Part shown: positions 49,333 through 60,775 of the stretch, one piece after another
Layout of the letters: the number at the start of each line of letters is the position of its first letter
Numbering within the stretch: position 1 is the stretch's first letter
DNA from: Patellaria atrata CBS 101060
Taxonomy: Eukaryota
Direction: 5' to 3'
Length of the DNA: 64,000 bases
Assembly (NCBI GenBank): GCA_010093705.1
Contig: MU006098.1
Span: 355,981 to 419,980, forward strand
Program-made: the position numbers and the translations under genes
Notes under the pieces: generated by a model
Seen by the model: only the letters and a program-made list of their open reading frames with translations
What the model was told of the DNA's origin: nothing
Database searches by the model: none

Positions 49333-50874
49333 ATGGCACCGACGCGACCCAACCATCGCAGTTCGCATGCTCCTGGGGGAGATACGACATCCCGTGCGAG
49401 AAATACCCATAACTCCTCTAACCGGGGTTATATCCCTACGCAACTCTTCCCCAATCTTCCTCGCCCGTCTGGCTCATTGCCGACCGCGGCTAGAGTAAAC
49501 CCTCCCCTTGCTAGGCTCTTCCCGAATCTTCGTCTCGATCGGAACACGAACGGTCTGAGCGCTCGCGGAGTCGAGACCACATCCCGCGCCAGGAGCACGA
49601 ACAACACTGCTCGCCGTGGTAACGTCCCGAACCGGATCGTTCCCAACCGCCCCAGTCGAACGTTCCCCAATCTCCGTGGTAACATCCCCACCGGGACCGT
49701 CCCCAGTCCTTCTCGTCGAATCTTCCCCAGTTTCCGTCGTGATCGAGACTCATTCCGCCCCGTGGCAGGCAGGGATAACCTTCACGGAACCCAGGAGGAA
49801 GTTAAATCTTTGTCTTCTTCATCTGAGAACGAGAACATGGAAGAAGTCATAGAGGAAGACAAGCAGAAGGAAGAAGAAGAGGACGAAACCATGCAAGAAC
49901 AGGAATCTGAGGAAAATATCGACGAAGAGGGGACCTCATACGAACCTGAACACACCGCCGAACACACTCGTGCTTCCACCCCATCGCCTAGGAGCCGCCG
50001 CTCTGTCCGCACGCCCCGTACCCGAGATGCTAGAGGTCGGTTTGTCGGCACATCGAGGACCGTTTACTATCTTCGTGGTACGTTCGAGGAAATCCTCGCC
50101 AGTTCACGTCCCGTTGGGACCGGGGTGGATGCGAGGAGACGGTTGATAACCCGGTGGATTGATAATACGGTTGAGCTGCGGGGAGAAAATTCTCCGGTTC
50201 CGGAGATGGAGGAAGAAGTCATTATGTCCGTTGAAGAGAATGTAAGCGCTATGGTAGGGATTAAGGCTGATAGTGATGACGAAACGAGTGAAAAAGCAGA
50301 TGAATATGAATCCGAAGCCAAGCCTGAGACTGAAGTTAGAGTCGAAACCGAAGTCGAAAGTGAAGTTGAAACCGAAATCGAAGTCAAAGCTAATGTGGAA
50401 ACTGAAGCCGAAACTGAAGTCAAGAACAAACAAGAGGCTGATGTTGAAGAATCAGAAGCTGAGGATGAAGAATCAGAGGCTGAGTATGAACAAGCAGAGA
50501 CCAACGTGGACGAGGAGATGACAGAAGCTGATCCTGAATTCGCCGAAGGTGAACCCGACGAAGCAGAAGTCAGACTTACCTCCATTGAAAAGATCGACAC
50601 TCGTGACGCCTCGGAGGACGAGACTGAATCTGGCTCTGAGTTTTCGATAGAAGAAATGGAGTTAGATGAGCCATTCACGGTTAAGGGGAATGAATGGCGG
50701 GAGGACGACGATAAGGAGGATGGTTGTTATGAGGGATATGAAGGGGTGCAATGGGACGACGATGAATATGACGACGATACCGATGATGACGACGAGAGCG
50801 ACGATGACGATGAGGACGAGACAGAGGATGAGAATGATATTAAGCATCACACAAACAATGTTAAGAAGGTGTAG
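49333..50874 (+). CDS. Low-complexity protein: R/N/P-rich repetitive N-terminus, very acidic C-terminus
   Basis: 513-aa ORF with AAC-ATG-G context, FPNL/FPSF repeats, duplicated TTSRAR, ETEV repeats and a poly-D/E tail. Confidence 0.8.
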   Translation: MAPTRPNHRSSHAPGGDTTSRARNTHNSSNRGYIPTQLFPNLPRPSGSLPTAARVNPPLARLFPNLRLDRNTNGLSARGVETTSRARSTNNTARRGNVPNRIVPNRPSRTFPNLRGNIPTGTVPSPSRRIFPSFRRDRDSFRPVAGRDNLHGTQEEVKSLSSSSENENMEEVIEEDKQKEEEEDETMQEQESEENIDEEGTSYEPEHTAEHTRASTPSPRSRRSVRTPRTRDARGRFVGTSRTVYYLRGTFEEILASSRPVGTGVDARRRLITRWIDNTVELRGENSPVPEMEEEVIMSVEENVSAMVGIKADSDDETSEKADEYESEAKPETEVRVETEVESEVETEIEVKANVETEAETEVKNKQEADVEESEAEDEESEAEYEQAETNVDEEMTEADPEFAEGEPDEAEVRLTSIEKIDTRDASEDETESGSEFSIEEMELDEPFTVKGNEWREDDDKEDGCYEGYEGVQWDDDEYDDDTDDDDESDDDDEDETEDENDIKHHTNNVKKV

Positions 50875-51032
50875 TCCTTTTCGAGATTGAACGATCTCGT
50901 CCAGGTAGTTGGCTTGTTATGAGAGGAGTACTAGCAAGTAGATATTATTAGTCCTAAATATGAATCTTAGTGTACTAAGGTATAATCCGAACCCTAAAAG
51001 TGAGGACGAGTGATAGAAGAGACCGAAGGACC

Positions 51033-51072
51033 TGCTGTGAAGGAACTGTTGTGAAAGACCTGTTGTGAAAAG
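51033..51072 (+). repeat. Three 14-bp tandem repeats (CTGTTGTGAA core)
   Basis: ctgctgtgaagga / ctgttgtgaaaga / ctgttgtgaaaaga. Confidence 0.7.
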
Positions 51073-51193
51073 AAATGTATCTGAGTGATTTCATCGAAAG
51101 TGGAAATGTCAAGCCTGAGGCACTAGCTCTATCCTGTATAGATATATATGATCAACAGATATGATTTACTGATACTTAGGTTGCTAGAAAAAA

Positions 51194-52190
51194 TCACCAC
51201 CACTTCTCGCACAGCACTCTTTCCTTAGCTATACCCTCTTGGTCCTGCAGGAAGGCCACGAATTCATCAGTCATTGGAGGTGGACCGCAGATGTAGCAAA
51301 CGGTTGCCTCTCGTTCTGCAACATCCCCAATTGCTGATATGAGATCGTCTGACGTGATCCGTCTTGAATTCAGAGTTTCCCGGATTTTACCTTGAGTTTC
51401 CGGTAATTTTCCAGTGAGAAAGAGATCTAGTTGAAATTGACCCGGTCGCAGCTTTTGTATAGACTGGAGACGATCTACGAATAGTATCTCGTCAAGTCCT
51501 CTAGAGCCAGATTTAGTTCCGTATAGAAACTTTACGCTTGGTGGCATCTCATCCGTTTCATGAAGATGTGTCACCATTGATATTAAAGGACTGCAAAGTT
51601 CAAATCAATCAAAGGATTTCATATAAGTCGCCCGGGTCTTACTTTATTCCCACTCCACCAGCAACAAACACAATGTTCTTAACATCCCTTCCGGAAATGC
51701 AGGTCGGGGGCCATATAAAGCTACCACCTACTCTTACACGTAGTTCTGAGCCAACAATGTCATCTTCATGCCTCCAAAACCACGCAGCTGGAGGGTTGGA
51801 TGGTGATTTCTGTACAGCAAGCTCAAGATACGGTCTGGATACGTCCCCTGGAGGTAGTGCACTCTTGGGCGTTGATGTAATAGTGAACCCTCCAGCTTTG
51901 GTTAAACCAGATACAAATACATCCAACCACTGGCCTGGGAGGAACTACTGTGGTATGATCGTGTTAATAACTCGAGTCATTCATACCAAAGCAAGCCAAA
52001 ATGTCACCTTTATCCCGTGGTTCTGATCCAGAGCATCGAGACGAAAGAGTTTGATAGAATCATTTACCCGCTTAATGCCTTCGACGAGTACTGTATGGGT
52101 AATTTCTTCTCGCGGCTCTGTGGATGTACGTTCTTCGTGACTGAGGGATGAACGGACTGTGCGCATGGTACTGAAGGACGAGGAGTGCAT
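51194..52190 (-). CDS. FNR-like oxidoreductase, NAD-binding domain protein (OXNAD1-like), 2 introns; start codon uncertain
   Basis: HEERTSTEPR, FLPGQWLDV..AGGFTITSTP, LELAVQKSPSNPPAAW, RVGGSF, FVAGGVGINP, YICGPPPMTD..LCEKWW. Confidence 0.88.
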
Positions 52191-52910
52191 GTATCGTATG
52201 ACAATGCTTCTGCACGAAAATAGAGAACGGAGTCGACCCGTAACTATAACCATTAAGAATAGAATAAATTGCGTTAGTGCCAAGTCAATAAGCTATTTTC
52301 AGATTGAGAATTGATGAATACACCCAGCGTGTTACCCAGAAGAGAAAAGATACCAATCTTACCGTCAGGTCCGGAAACCTAAAGATGAGACATTGTAATA
52401 TATGCGCAAAGTAAGCCCCTAGAATTGTCCTTTTATGAAGACTTAGCGATTAGTAAGGAGGGAGGTTGGTGAAGTGGAAATGGTGTAGTTACCTTAAGGT
52501 AAACCTAAGCCGAGCGCATAAAAAAGTTAGGCTTGGCGTCCAATGGTCGTGTGCTGGTCGCCGGATCAAGAGAGCGTAATGAAGAGAGGTGTAAGTTCTA
52601 CCCCACTATATCAGATATGAGAATTCCCGATATTGCATTTCATGTTAACGGCTTTTAGACACGCTTTCAAAGGAAATATCCGACTTTCTCCTCAATAGAC
52701 CGATCACCACTATTCCCCTTGCCTGAATTTCACCGCCAACCTGTCACCACCTCACCCGACGATCCCAAAATAACACCAAGATATCTATTTATCCCATAAG
52801 GCTGCAAATCTACACCAAAACACAATTTCCATGAACCTTCCACGGTAGCAATCTGGATCTGTTCGTTTGTCGAGCTGTACCCCAGAAATCCCCTACAACA
52901 GCCGGCCGGG

Positions 52911-55900
52911 ATGGATGCCCAGGTACGTATTGGTAGCAACCGTGGTAGGGACTCTATACTGAAGCTCATACTGACTATGATGTTGTATTAGATAGAAGAA
53001 GCCGTCCAAATTGCATGGAATCCTGGCTCGAATCAAAACCTGAAATCTCAGGCGTTCAACTTCCTCAATGACCTCCGCGCCGATACCTCTGCATGGCAGG
53101 TCTGCCTATCGCTCTTCACACGCACACATCGTCCCGCAGAGACAGTAAGACATTATTCGCTTGAGATTGTCAATAATTCTGTCCAGGCCCAGCAACTGGA
53201 TCCACAGAGCCTTACTTTCATAAAGGACAATCTTATGAGCTATATAATACAGAACTACGGCCAAACATCAAATGCTGTAGACACCCCACATATCCAGAAC
53301 AAGCTTACTCAGACAATAACATATCTATTTACCTCTCTATATGCTTCATCTTGGAGAAGCTTCTTCGATGAATTTCGGGCATTATCTGGGGATGAGAACG
53401 CCATTGGTATAGCGAATCCTGTTGGCACGATTCTCTACCTCCGCATCTTACAGTCGGTACATGATGAAATAGCAGATGTTCTAGTTGCTAGGTCTCCGGA
53501 AGAGCAGAGACGGAATACCGAATTGAAAGACATTGTGCGAGTCCAGGACGCGCAGAAGATCGCCTTATCATGGCAAGAGATTCTAGCTAAGTGGAGGCAG
53601 GTAGAACTACCAGTGATTGAGATGTGTCTCAAGACCGTCAGCCGTTGGGTAAGCTGGATTGATATATCTCTAGTTGTAAATCAGGCAATTCTCAGCGCCC
53701 TCTTCGACATCGCCGGAATACAAGATGTCTCTCCGAGCGAACCGAAGCGGGCGATTGTTAGGGACACTGCAGTAGACACGTTCACCGAAATAGTGGCCAA
53801 GAAAATGAAACCTGCGGATAAGATCGAATTACTTATAGTGCTGAATCTGAACGCTATTGTCAGTCAACTGGTTTCGAGTCCTGCGCTCTCTGATCTCAGG
53901 ACGACACCAAATTACGATGTTGACCTTGCTGAAGCTGTGGCGAAGCTGGTTAATACTGCTGTATTTGACATTGTTAAGGTTCTAGAAACCGATTCGATAG
54001 ATCCAACACTATTCCAACGCGCCGATGAACTATTGCAGGCTTTTGTTCCCCATCTACTGCGTTTTTTCGCGGATGAGTATGATGAAGTCTGCTCAACCGT
54101 GATTCCTTCCCTTACAGATCTTTTGACTGTCTTTCGCAAACTTGTCAAAGTCAAAGGAACCCTTCCTTCGCATTTCTCTACTATGCTTTCGCCTATCTTG
54201 AACGCTATCATCTCGAAAATGAAGTATGACGAGACGGCCAACTGGGGGGACGAGGATGAGGAGACCGATGAAGCTGAATTTCAGGAGCTCAGGAAGCGGC
54301 TTCTAATCCTACAACAGTCAATTGCAATTGTTGACGAACAGCTCTACATGGATACCTTGAGCAATGTTGTTGGTACTACCTTTAATAGAATCACAACAAA
54401 AGACTCGAGCTTAGATTGGAGGGAACTGGACCTGGCATTACACGAGATGTACTTGTTTGGGGAACTTGCTCTTAAGAATGGTGGCATGTACGCTAAGAGG
54501 CAACCTTCTTCCATAGCGTCCCAAAGATTGGTGGAGATGATGTCGAAAATGGTCGAGTCTGGTGAGCGAAATGGAAGTGATGCGAGAGTCCTCTGCTAAC
54601 TTGCGGATAGATATTGCATCCTTCTGGCACCCTGCTGTTCAACTACAGTATATGGAGATTTGCGTTCGATATTCATCGTTCTTCGAACATAACGCACACC
54701 TAATTCCAAAGGTTCTGGAGCAATTTGTGCGCATCACTCACGTTTCTAATCGGGAATATCTAAAAGTTCAAAGTCGTTCGTGGTATCTTTTCTTACGGTT
54801 CGTTAAACCATTACGCATGCATCTTGGAGGTGTTTCACAAACCGTCATCCAGGCCATTGGAGATCTATTGACCATAAAAGCCGAGTTACCAGAGGACTCT
54901 GGGGACGATGATATGTCTTCAGACGAAGCAGATCATTCCGCGGATGCGATCTTCAACAGTCAACTTAATCTATTTGAAGCAATTGGCTGTATTTCTTCTC
55001 CACCCTCCGTTCCAATTGAAAACAAGGTTTTGTACGCACAGTCAGTTTTGAATCCCCTTTTTGCCGATTTAGAGCAAAATTTGGCACAAGCCAAAAATGG
55101 AGACGAGCGAGCAATCTTACAAATACATCACATCACAATGGCGATTGGTACATTGGCCAGAGGATTTTCAGATTGGACTCCTGGATCATCTGGCGCCCCT
55201 CCGCCAACTCGGCTATCCGAAGAATTTGCACGAGCCGCTGAAGTCATCCTAGTTGCTTTGGAGTCTTTAAGATCATCCATGAACATCAGGACGTCTGCCC
55301 GTTTCGCGTTCTCCCGATTACTTGGTGTTCTTGGATCTCGAGTGTTACAGCAGCTTCCTCGGTGGATCGACGGACTTCTATCACAAAGTTCTACGAAAGA
55401 TGAAATGGCCACATTCTTGAGGCTCCTTGATCAAGTCGTCCACAGTTTCAAAACTGAGATCTACGGCATCCTTGATACTCTCTTGACACCATTACTACAG
55501 AGAGTGTTTGCTGGGTTACAAGAGCCCACTACAGGCACCGATGATGAGATACAACTCGCTGAGCTTCGCCGCGAATATCTCAACTTTCTTCTCATCATTC
55601 TTAACAACGAGCTTGCCTCTGTGCTTGTTAGTGGTGGTAAGCATCCCAACGGCGATTTTTTAATCTATTCACTAAGTTAAACAGGCAACCAACAAACCTT
55701 CGAGTCCATTATCACTACTATCGAACACTTTGCCCGGGATTCAGCTGATTATCCTAACGCTCGTCTCGCAATTTCCGTTCTCATTCGCATGACTGTTGTC
55801 TGGGGTGGCCTAGATGTCCCTCTACCAACAGCTGCTAATCCGACACCGTTGCAACAGCCATCACCCACTCTACCTGGTTTCGACTCCTTTGCCACGACTC

Positions 55901-56175
55901 GTTTCTCGCCTCTGTGCTGGAGTATACTAACAACTCCTGGTTTCAGCCCCAAGGATCCTCAAGCTAGGCAGTTATTACTGGAAGTTGCAGGGTTACAGCG
56001 TGAAATATTGAAGAAGACGGGTAGTGCATACCTAGATAGGCTGAGGGAGGAGCTCTCAGGGATCGGCGTTCAAGAACAGGGGATGGATGAGTATCTTGGT
56101 GCTTTGGTGAACAAGGACGATAAAGGATTCAAGCAGTTTTTCCTGCAGTTTATTGGTCGTGCTACTGGAGGCTAG
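52911..56175 (+). CDS. LOS1: Exportin-T (tRNA nuclear export receptor); introns near 52923-52991, 54563-54610, 55637-55684
   Basis: [86 protein letters not shown]. Confidence 0.93.
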
Positions 56176-56228
56176 ATAGATTCATAGTTGTACAATTGAA
56201 GCCTTCAAATGATTATTCCATGATGTTT

Positions 56229-57157
56229 CTACTCAATTTCCATCCTATCGCCCTCCATCTCCAAGGCTCCCTGCTTTGCCCTGCGCAGAACACGCTTGGT
56301 TTCGCGCATTTCCGCCTTAAGTCTTTCCCGTACGACATCGAAAATGGCGTTTTCGAAATTGGTGTACGGATTAAGCTGGTGCGAAATTCTCGTGCTTCCC
56401 ATGCTCTGTACTAATTCCTCCATCGTCCCGACTTGTGCATCCTGACTGCCAAAGCCCACAAACTCCACCCATTCGAACTTCATGGTCTTGTACCGGGAGA
56501 GCTCTATGGCGCGATGCCATTCCCCCTAGCTTGGGCTTCCTGGATCCTCTCTATTATAGTACGCCACCAGTTTTCCGTACGATTGAGTCGCATTTGGAAA
56601 TTGTGACGTTGGTGTTGCGTCATTTCCTGGGTAGGGAGGAGATTCAAGTCGGGTCCGTACGTATAGACCCCTAGTACGAAGTACTCGCGGGCGGTGTAAA
56701 TATCGGGATGGTATGTTGCCTTGTAGAGAGCCTCATAGTAGATCTTATGTACATCCTGTACACCGCGTCCCTCAATCCAGTCCGTCCTCATGAAAAATTG
56801 AAGATACTCAAATGTCAGCCGTACCGTATCGATAGCCCTATCCGTTGACTACCTGGAATCGACGCCGCGGAATACGCAAATCCTCATGGCCTCAAGGCTC
56901 ATATCGTGATTCAGCTCGGCCCCATATCGCTCGAATTCGTGATGTACACAGAGCTGATCACTGGGAGTACAGCCGGGAGGTGGCTGGAGGTTATAGTTAC
57001 GGTACGCCTTGATCTCCTGCTTGTGCAGGTTGAGATGACCTTCGATAGCCATAGAGCCCAATCCCTATTTTCCTCAGTCAGTATGATAAAGGATGAATAT
57101 ACAGGCATGACTTACTCTTGTTGCAGGATCATTCAGGTTTTCAGTTTGAGAAGACAT
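56229..57157 (-). CDS. Hypothetical protein, 2 introns, one-base frameshift at the C5 run 56522-56526
   Basis: Exon 1 57157-57116 (GTAAGT donor), exon 2 from 57064, exon 3 from about 56786. One extra G gives QARGEWHRAIELSRYKTMKFEW and joins the 56229-56483 ORF. Confidence 0.62.
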
Positions 57158-57440
57158 GATTGGCGTATAGAAGTGATATTAATATGAGCAGGAAGGTAGA
57201 GTTTGTTGAGATATGAGAAAAAGGTGGGTTGAAGTGAGGTTGAAGAAGTTGGTTGCAGAAGCGGCGGAGGAGGCAATGAATAGGCAGCCCAGCGGGAGGT
57301 CGAGCATGTGATGGAGCAGGTCCATGAAGGTAATGAGAGTGACTGCAAACCGGTATTTGTATTGGAAATGTATCCCGCCGTTGGTTTTTCCGAAACCGCG
57401 TCGATGCTGTTAGTTTATAAAAGGTTTGGTAAAATCCTGA

Positions 57441-57754
57441 GCCTCGGTGGCCCGGGAGGGGCCACGCGTGATTGCAGCACGCGGGGGTGGGTTCGATTCT
57501 GGTTTATCACTGATAAGTTCACTTTCTCTCACTAATATATTCCCTAAGAACTACTAATCTACTTCAAATCAGACACAGATCCCGGAGGCTTAGGCTCCCA
57601 GGACCCGAGGATGACTCCAATACGCTTGTACTGGGTCAAATATCCTCGAAAACTTCAATCAAATAACTTTTGTGGGAGATGACAAACCCTCGCAAGAGAG
57701 AGATGTACCACACACCCTTCGGAGTGTGTGGGAAAACTTTTTTTTTTTTTTTTT
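57441..57754 (+). ncRNA. Candidate Pol III unit 2: tRNA-like head, four hairpins, T17 terminator
   Basis: TATAAAA 57416; A-box-like TGGCCCGGGAGG 57448; 5-bp/7-nt arm GCGTG-ATTGCAG-CACGC; B box GGTTCGATTC 57490; hairpins 57584-57598, 57606-57648, CTC-GCAA-GAG 57689-57698, CCACACAC..cTTCGg..GTGTGTGG 57708-57731; T17 57738-57754. Confidence 0.62.
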
Positions 57755-59036
57755 CCTTTTTGATCATTCAAATAGCATATACTTTAAAATTTATAGATGG
57801 AATTTATTTACGACTTGAACTTTGATTCACAAGATTAACTCTGACTGATAAGAGACTTTTTGGTGGTGTGTTACGGTCGACAGGTTTGACATTGGATGTG
57901 AGAAATCCTGATATTACCAAGTCCTACACGTTCTGAAATGCACAGCAACATCCCCAAACCTAAAACGAACGAGTATCTTCAAATACGATGATTGAGCGAA
58001 AGAATATCATGCGACATACTTTATCAACCTGCACGATCTATCGCAGAGCTGCTGCGACACTTTTTCGGTACCTATGAAATGACTACGGTCTGACAGTAGC
58101 AAATGCGACAAAGCTAGAAGTTCAATTGTTACTAAAGGCTGCTTCAAGCCTTTCTTTCCAGACTGCGCAAAGTGTTGATAAGCAAATCTGCTCTTGCGAG
58201 ACGGTGCCTTACGATTGAATGAAGGGCTGGTTGACGCGGAACAGTACTCACAATCGCTGAGGAATGCTTAAGGTAAGATAATCATGTCTACTTCAGCAAC
58301 TCAAGGGATTTGAAGCAACTTAGAGCAGCGAAATGAAAGCATTTACAAGTAGATAGGACGTTCTCTGATGCTTGATAGAGAGGTGTGGTCAGTATAATCA
58401 TTATTCAGACGAGCGTCAACCGAGTTTTACAAAGCTTACCATAATTAGCATGACAGTTTGGATTATTACAGAACTTACAGAAGAGATGGGCTTACAAGAA
58501 GAACTAAGAGGTGTGATTACGGTATTTAATCGCTTAGAGGTAATTATGCTAAACGCCAGAGTGATGGGATGAATGATTGGCTGGTGTATCACATATCCCC
58601 TGCAGTAACAACTCTCCGTTCTCTAGTCAGAGACCAGTCAGATTTCTGCTCTGCCATTTCTGCCGCTCACTATGCACCCAGAATCCCAGATCATCGCCAT
58701 CTTTCTCAGCGAGCACTCGCTAGCTTTAATGCGCTCGTCTCCCCTCTACGAGCGAAGCTTCGTTCGAATCCCCTTCGCGACTGTTGCTGTCTCCGTGCAA
58801 CTCACCTCGTCGCTCCCTTATCTGTGTCGACGGGAAACAGCACAGCAACAACTATCGTCGTTCTGGATACGTCGTTGAGAAGAACCCCTTTCTGCGCCTA
58901 ATCTACGTCCCCACTTCGACCTGTCCGGCTACCCGACAGAGGCCCGAGTCGAGTCCTACAAACGGCCCAGAGTTCATAAGGCTTAGACAAACTACAGGGA
59001 ACTAAGCTTAGAAGAACAGTCGTGGTAGAAACAATC

Positions 59037-60211
59037 ATGGTCTTCATACAGAAGAAATGGAGATTTCCTAAGTTCGTATGGGGTCTGGTTATACTGGAAT
59101 TCCCTTTGACAGTCGCCGCCCTCGCACTCTTCGGAATCGCCTCGCCAAATCTGTATCGCACAAAGTTATGGCAAGAGGGCGCGGATCTTGGATTCAACAG
59201 CGACCCGAGCATTATTCTATATGCATATGCGAATTATAAACCGATTGATACGCCAGTGGTATGGAGCAAATTGTACGTCGCGCTATGATCAAAACGTTGA
59301 GCCACCAGATGCTAACGTACTTTTATAGTATGACACAGTTCAATCTTATCATCTCTGTGCTCAGCATGTTCATTCTTCTCGTCAAGACGACGATGTATGT
59401 CATGCATACCTTCATACCATTAATATCGTTTCTCGTACACGGTCTCCTCGTTGGCCTCTATGCTTATAGCGTCTATATGCAATCTGCGCCGGACAAGAGT
59501 GATCCAAAACACCCTTCAAATGGCCCACCATGGTACGTCACGAAGAGTTGTTCTCTTTCGAGCACAGACGAGATTGAAGGATACTGCGAGCAAGCAAAGG
59601 CGAGCTTCTACGTCACTTGCGTTATGCTGTAAGTTACTGTACCCTATGGACCAATTGCACATGTCTGACAACAGTTAAGCGCTCTTTTCGGCATCCATAT
59701 CCTTTGGTCTATCTTTTCGTCCATCCCCACCAAAGAGCAGAAACTGGCACGTCTGTCCAAACTAACTGCTTCCCCCGCCTCATATTATCAAGAGAAGTTC
59801 AGCAACTCTCCCGAAACTGAGATCCCTGCAGAGCATCAATGGGAACTACAACAGATGGGAATGCAGGGCATGTACACTCCTGGTACAACAGGTGCTATGA
59901 AGAATCCAATGAGTAGTCGCAGCGTCGCATTTGGGCAGGGCACATTACCTGAGCACCCTACGACGCCGCGCACGACAGCATTCCAGTCCTTAGGGGGATA
60001 TTATTCGCCGCTACCACCACAACCCTATTCTTCACCGCAACCCCAGCCGGTCTCAACACAACCCTATTATTCACCACAGCCACAGTCGGTGTCACCACAC
60101 CCTATACCGACATTGTCAAGGACATCGACTGCTGGGAGCACGGGCAGTAGGAGTGCGGGAGGTATGGGTAACGCATTACCATTGAGAGAACGTTATGGTG
60201 ATGCAGTGTAA
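59037..60211 (+). CDS. Fungal multi-pass membrane protein with P/Q-rich tail, 2 introns
   Basis: LEFPLTVAALALFGIASPNLYRTKLWQEG..FNSDPS..LYAYANY, FNLIISVLSMFILLVK, PPWYVTKSCS..GYCEQAKASF. Introns near 59273-59328 and 59629-59679. Confidence 0.82.
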
Positions 60212-60622
60212 ATTCATGACGAATCGGAAAACTTTAGGGTTGTTATAATACTGAATTGTATACGCAGGTTATGAGCAGGGCGTAGATGGATTGGTCGGAG
60301 TTGAAACCTGTTGTTCTTATACCCCCTACGCTCATTTTGTATATGAGATCTAATATCGTCGATTTTGTACACCGTTTTCTTACTTCGAGATACTTCACAT
60401 ACCGAACAATATCCCTACAATGGAGGATGACTGTTCTATATCTGATATGTTTTAACACCTTCGAGATTGTGATGGAGGGTTATGACTATATAGTCAATAA
60501 TTCAATTGTTTTACCACAGAACCCTCTTCACTGCTTGATCTTGTGACTGCTACGTGATAGACATAAATTACTAATAGTCTTTGGTTCGTTGCTTGGGGAA
60601 CATAACACAAAGAGGGCGGAAG

Positions 60623-60629
60623 CGCGAAA
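60623..60629 (+). promoter_or_regulatory. SCB-like cell-cycle element upstream of separase
   Basis: CGCGAAA about 150 bp upstream of the ATG; single copy. Confidence 0.3.
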
Positions 60630-60775
60630 AGCCCGAATCATCAATAATACATCAACAGGTTTTGGAGCCTGCAACATCGGAAGACCTCAAGTCCGGCATA
60701 TATTATACTATACTGAATAGTATATAATGAATTCGAAACTCCTTCATCTACGTTTCTACCACAATATTAGTTCGA

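Noticed and set aside
57441..57512. Functional tRNA-Ala(TGC), or SRP RNA for the whole unit
   Set aside because: Acceptor and T stems do not pair; no SRP 5' UGUNR motif, helix 8 or end-to-end pairing.
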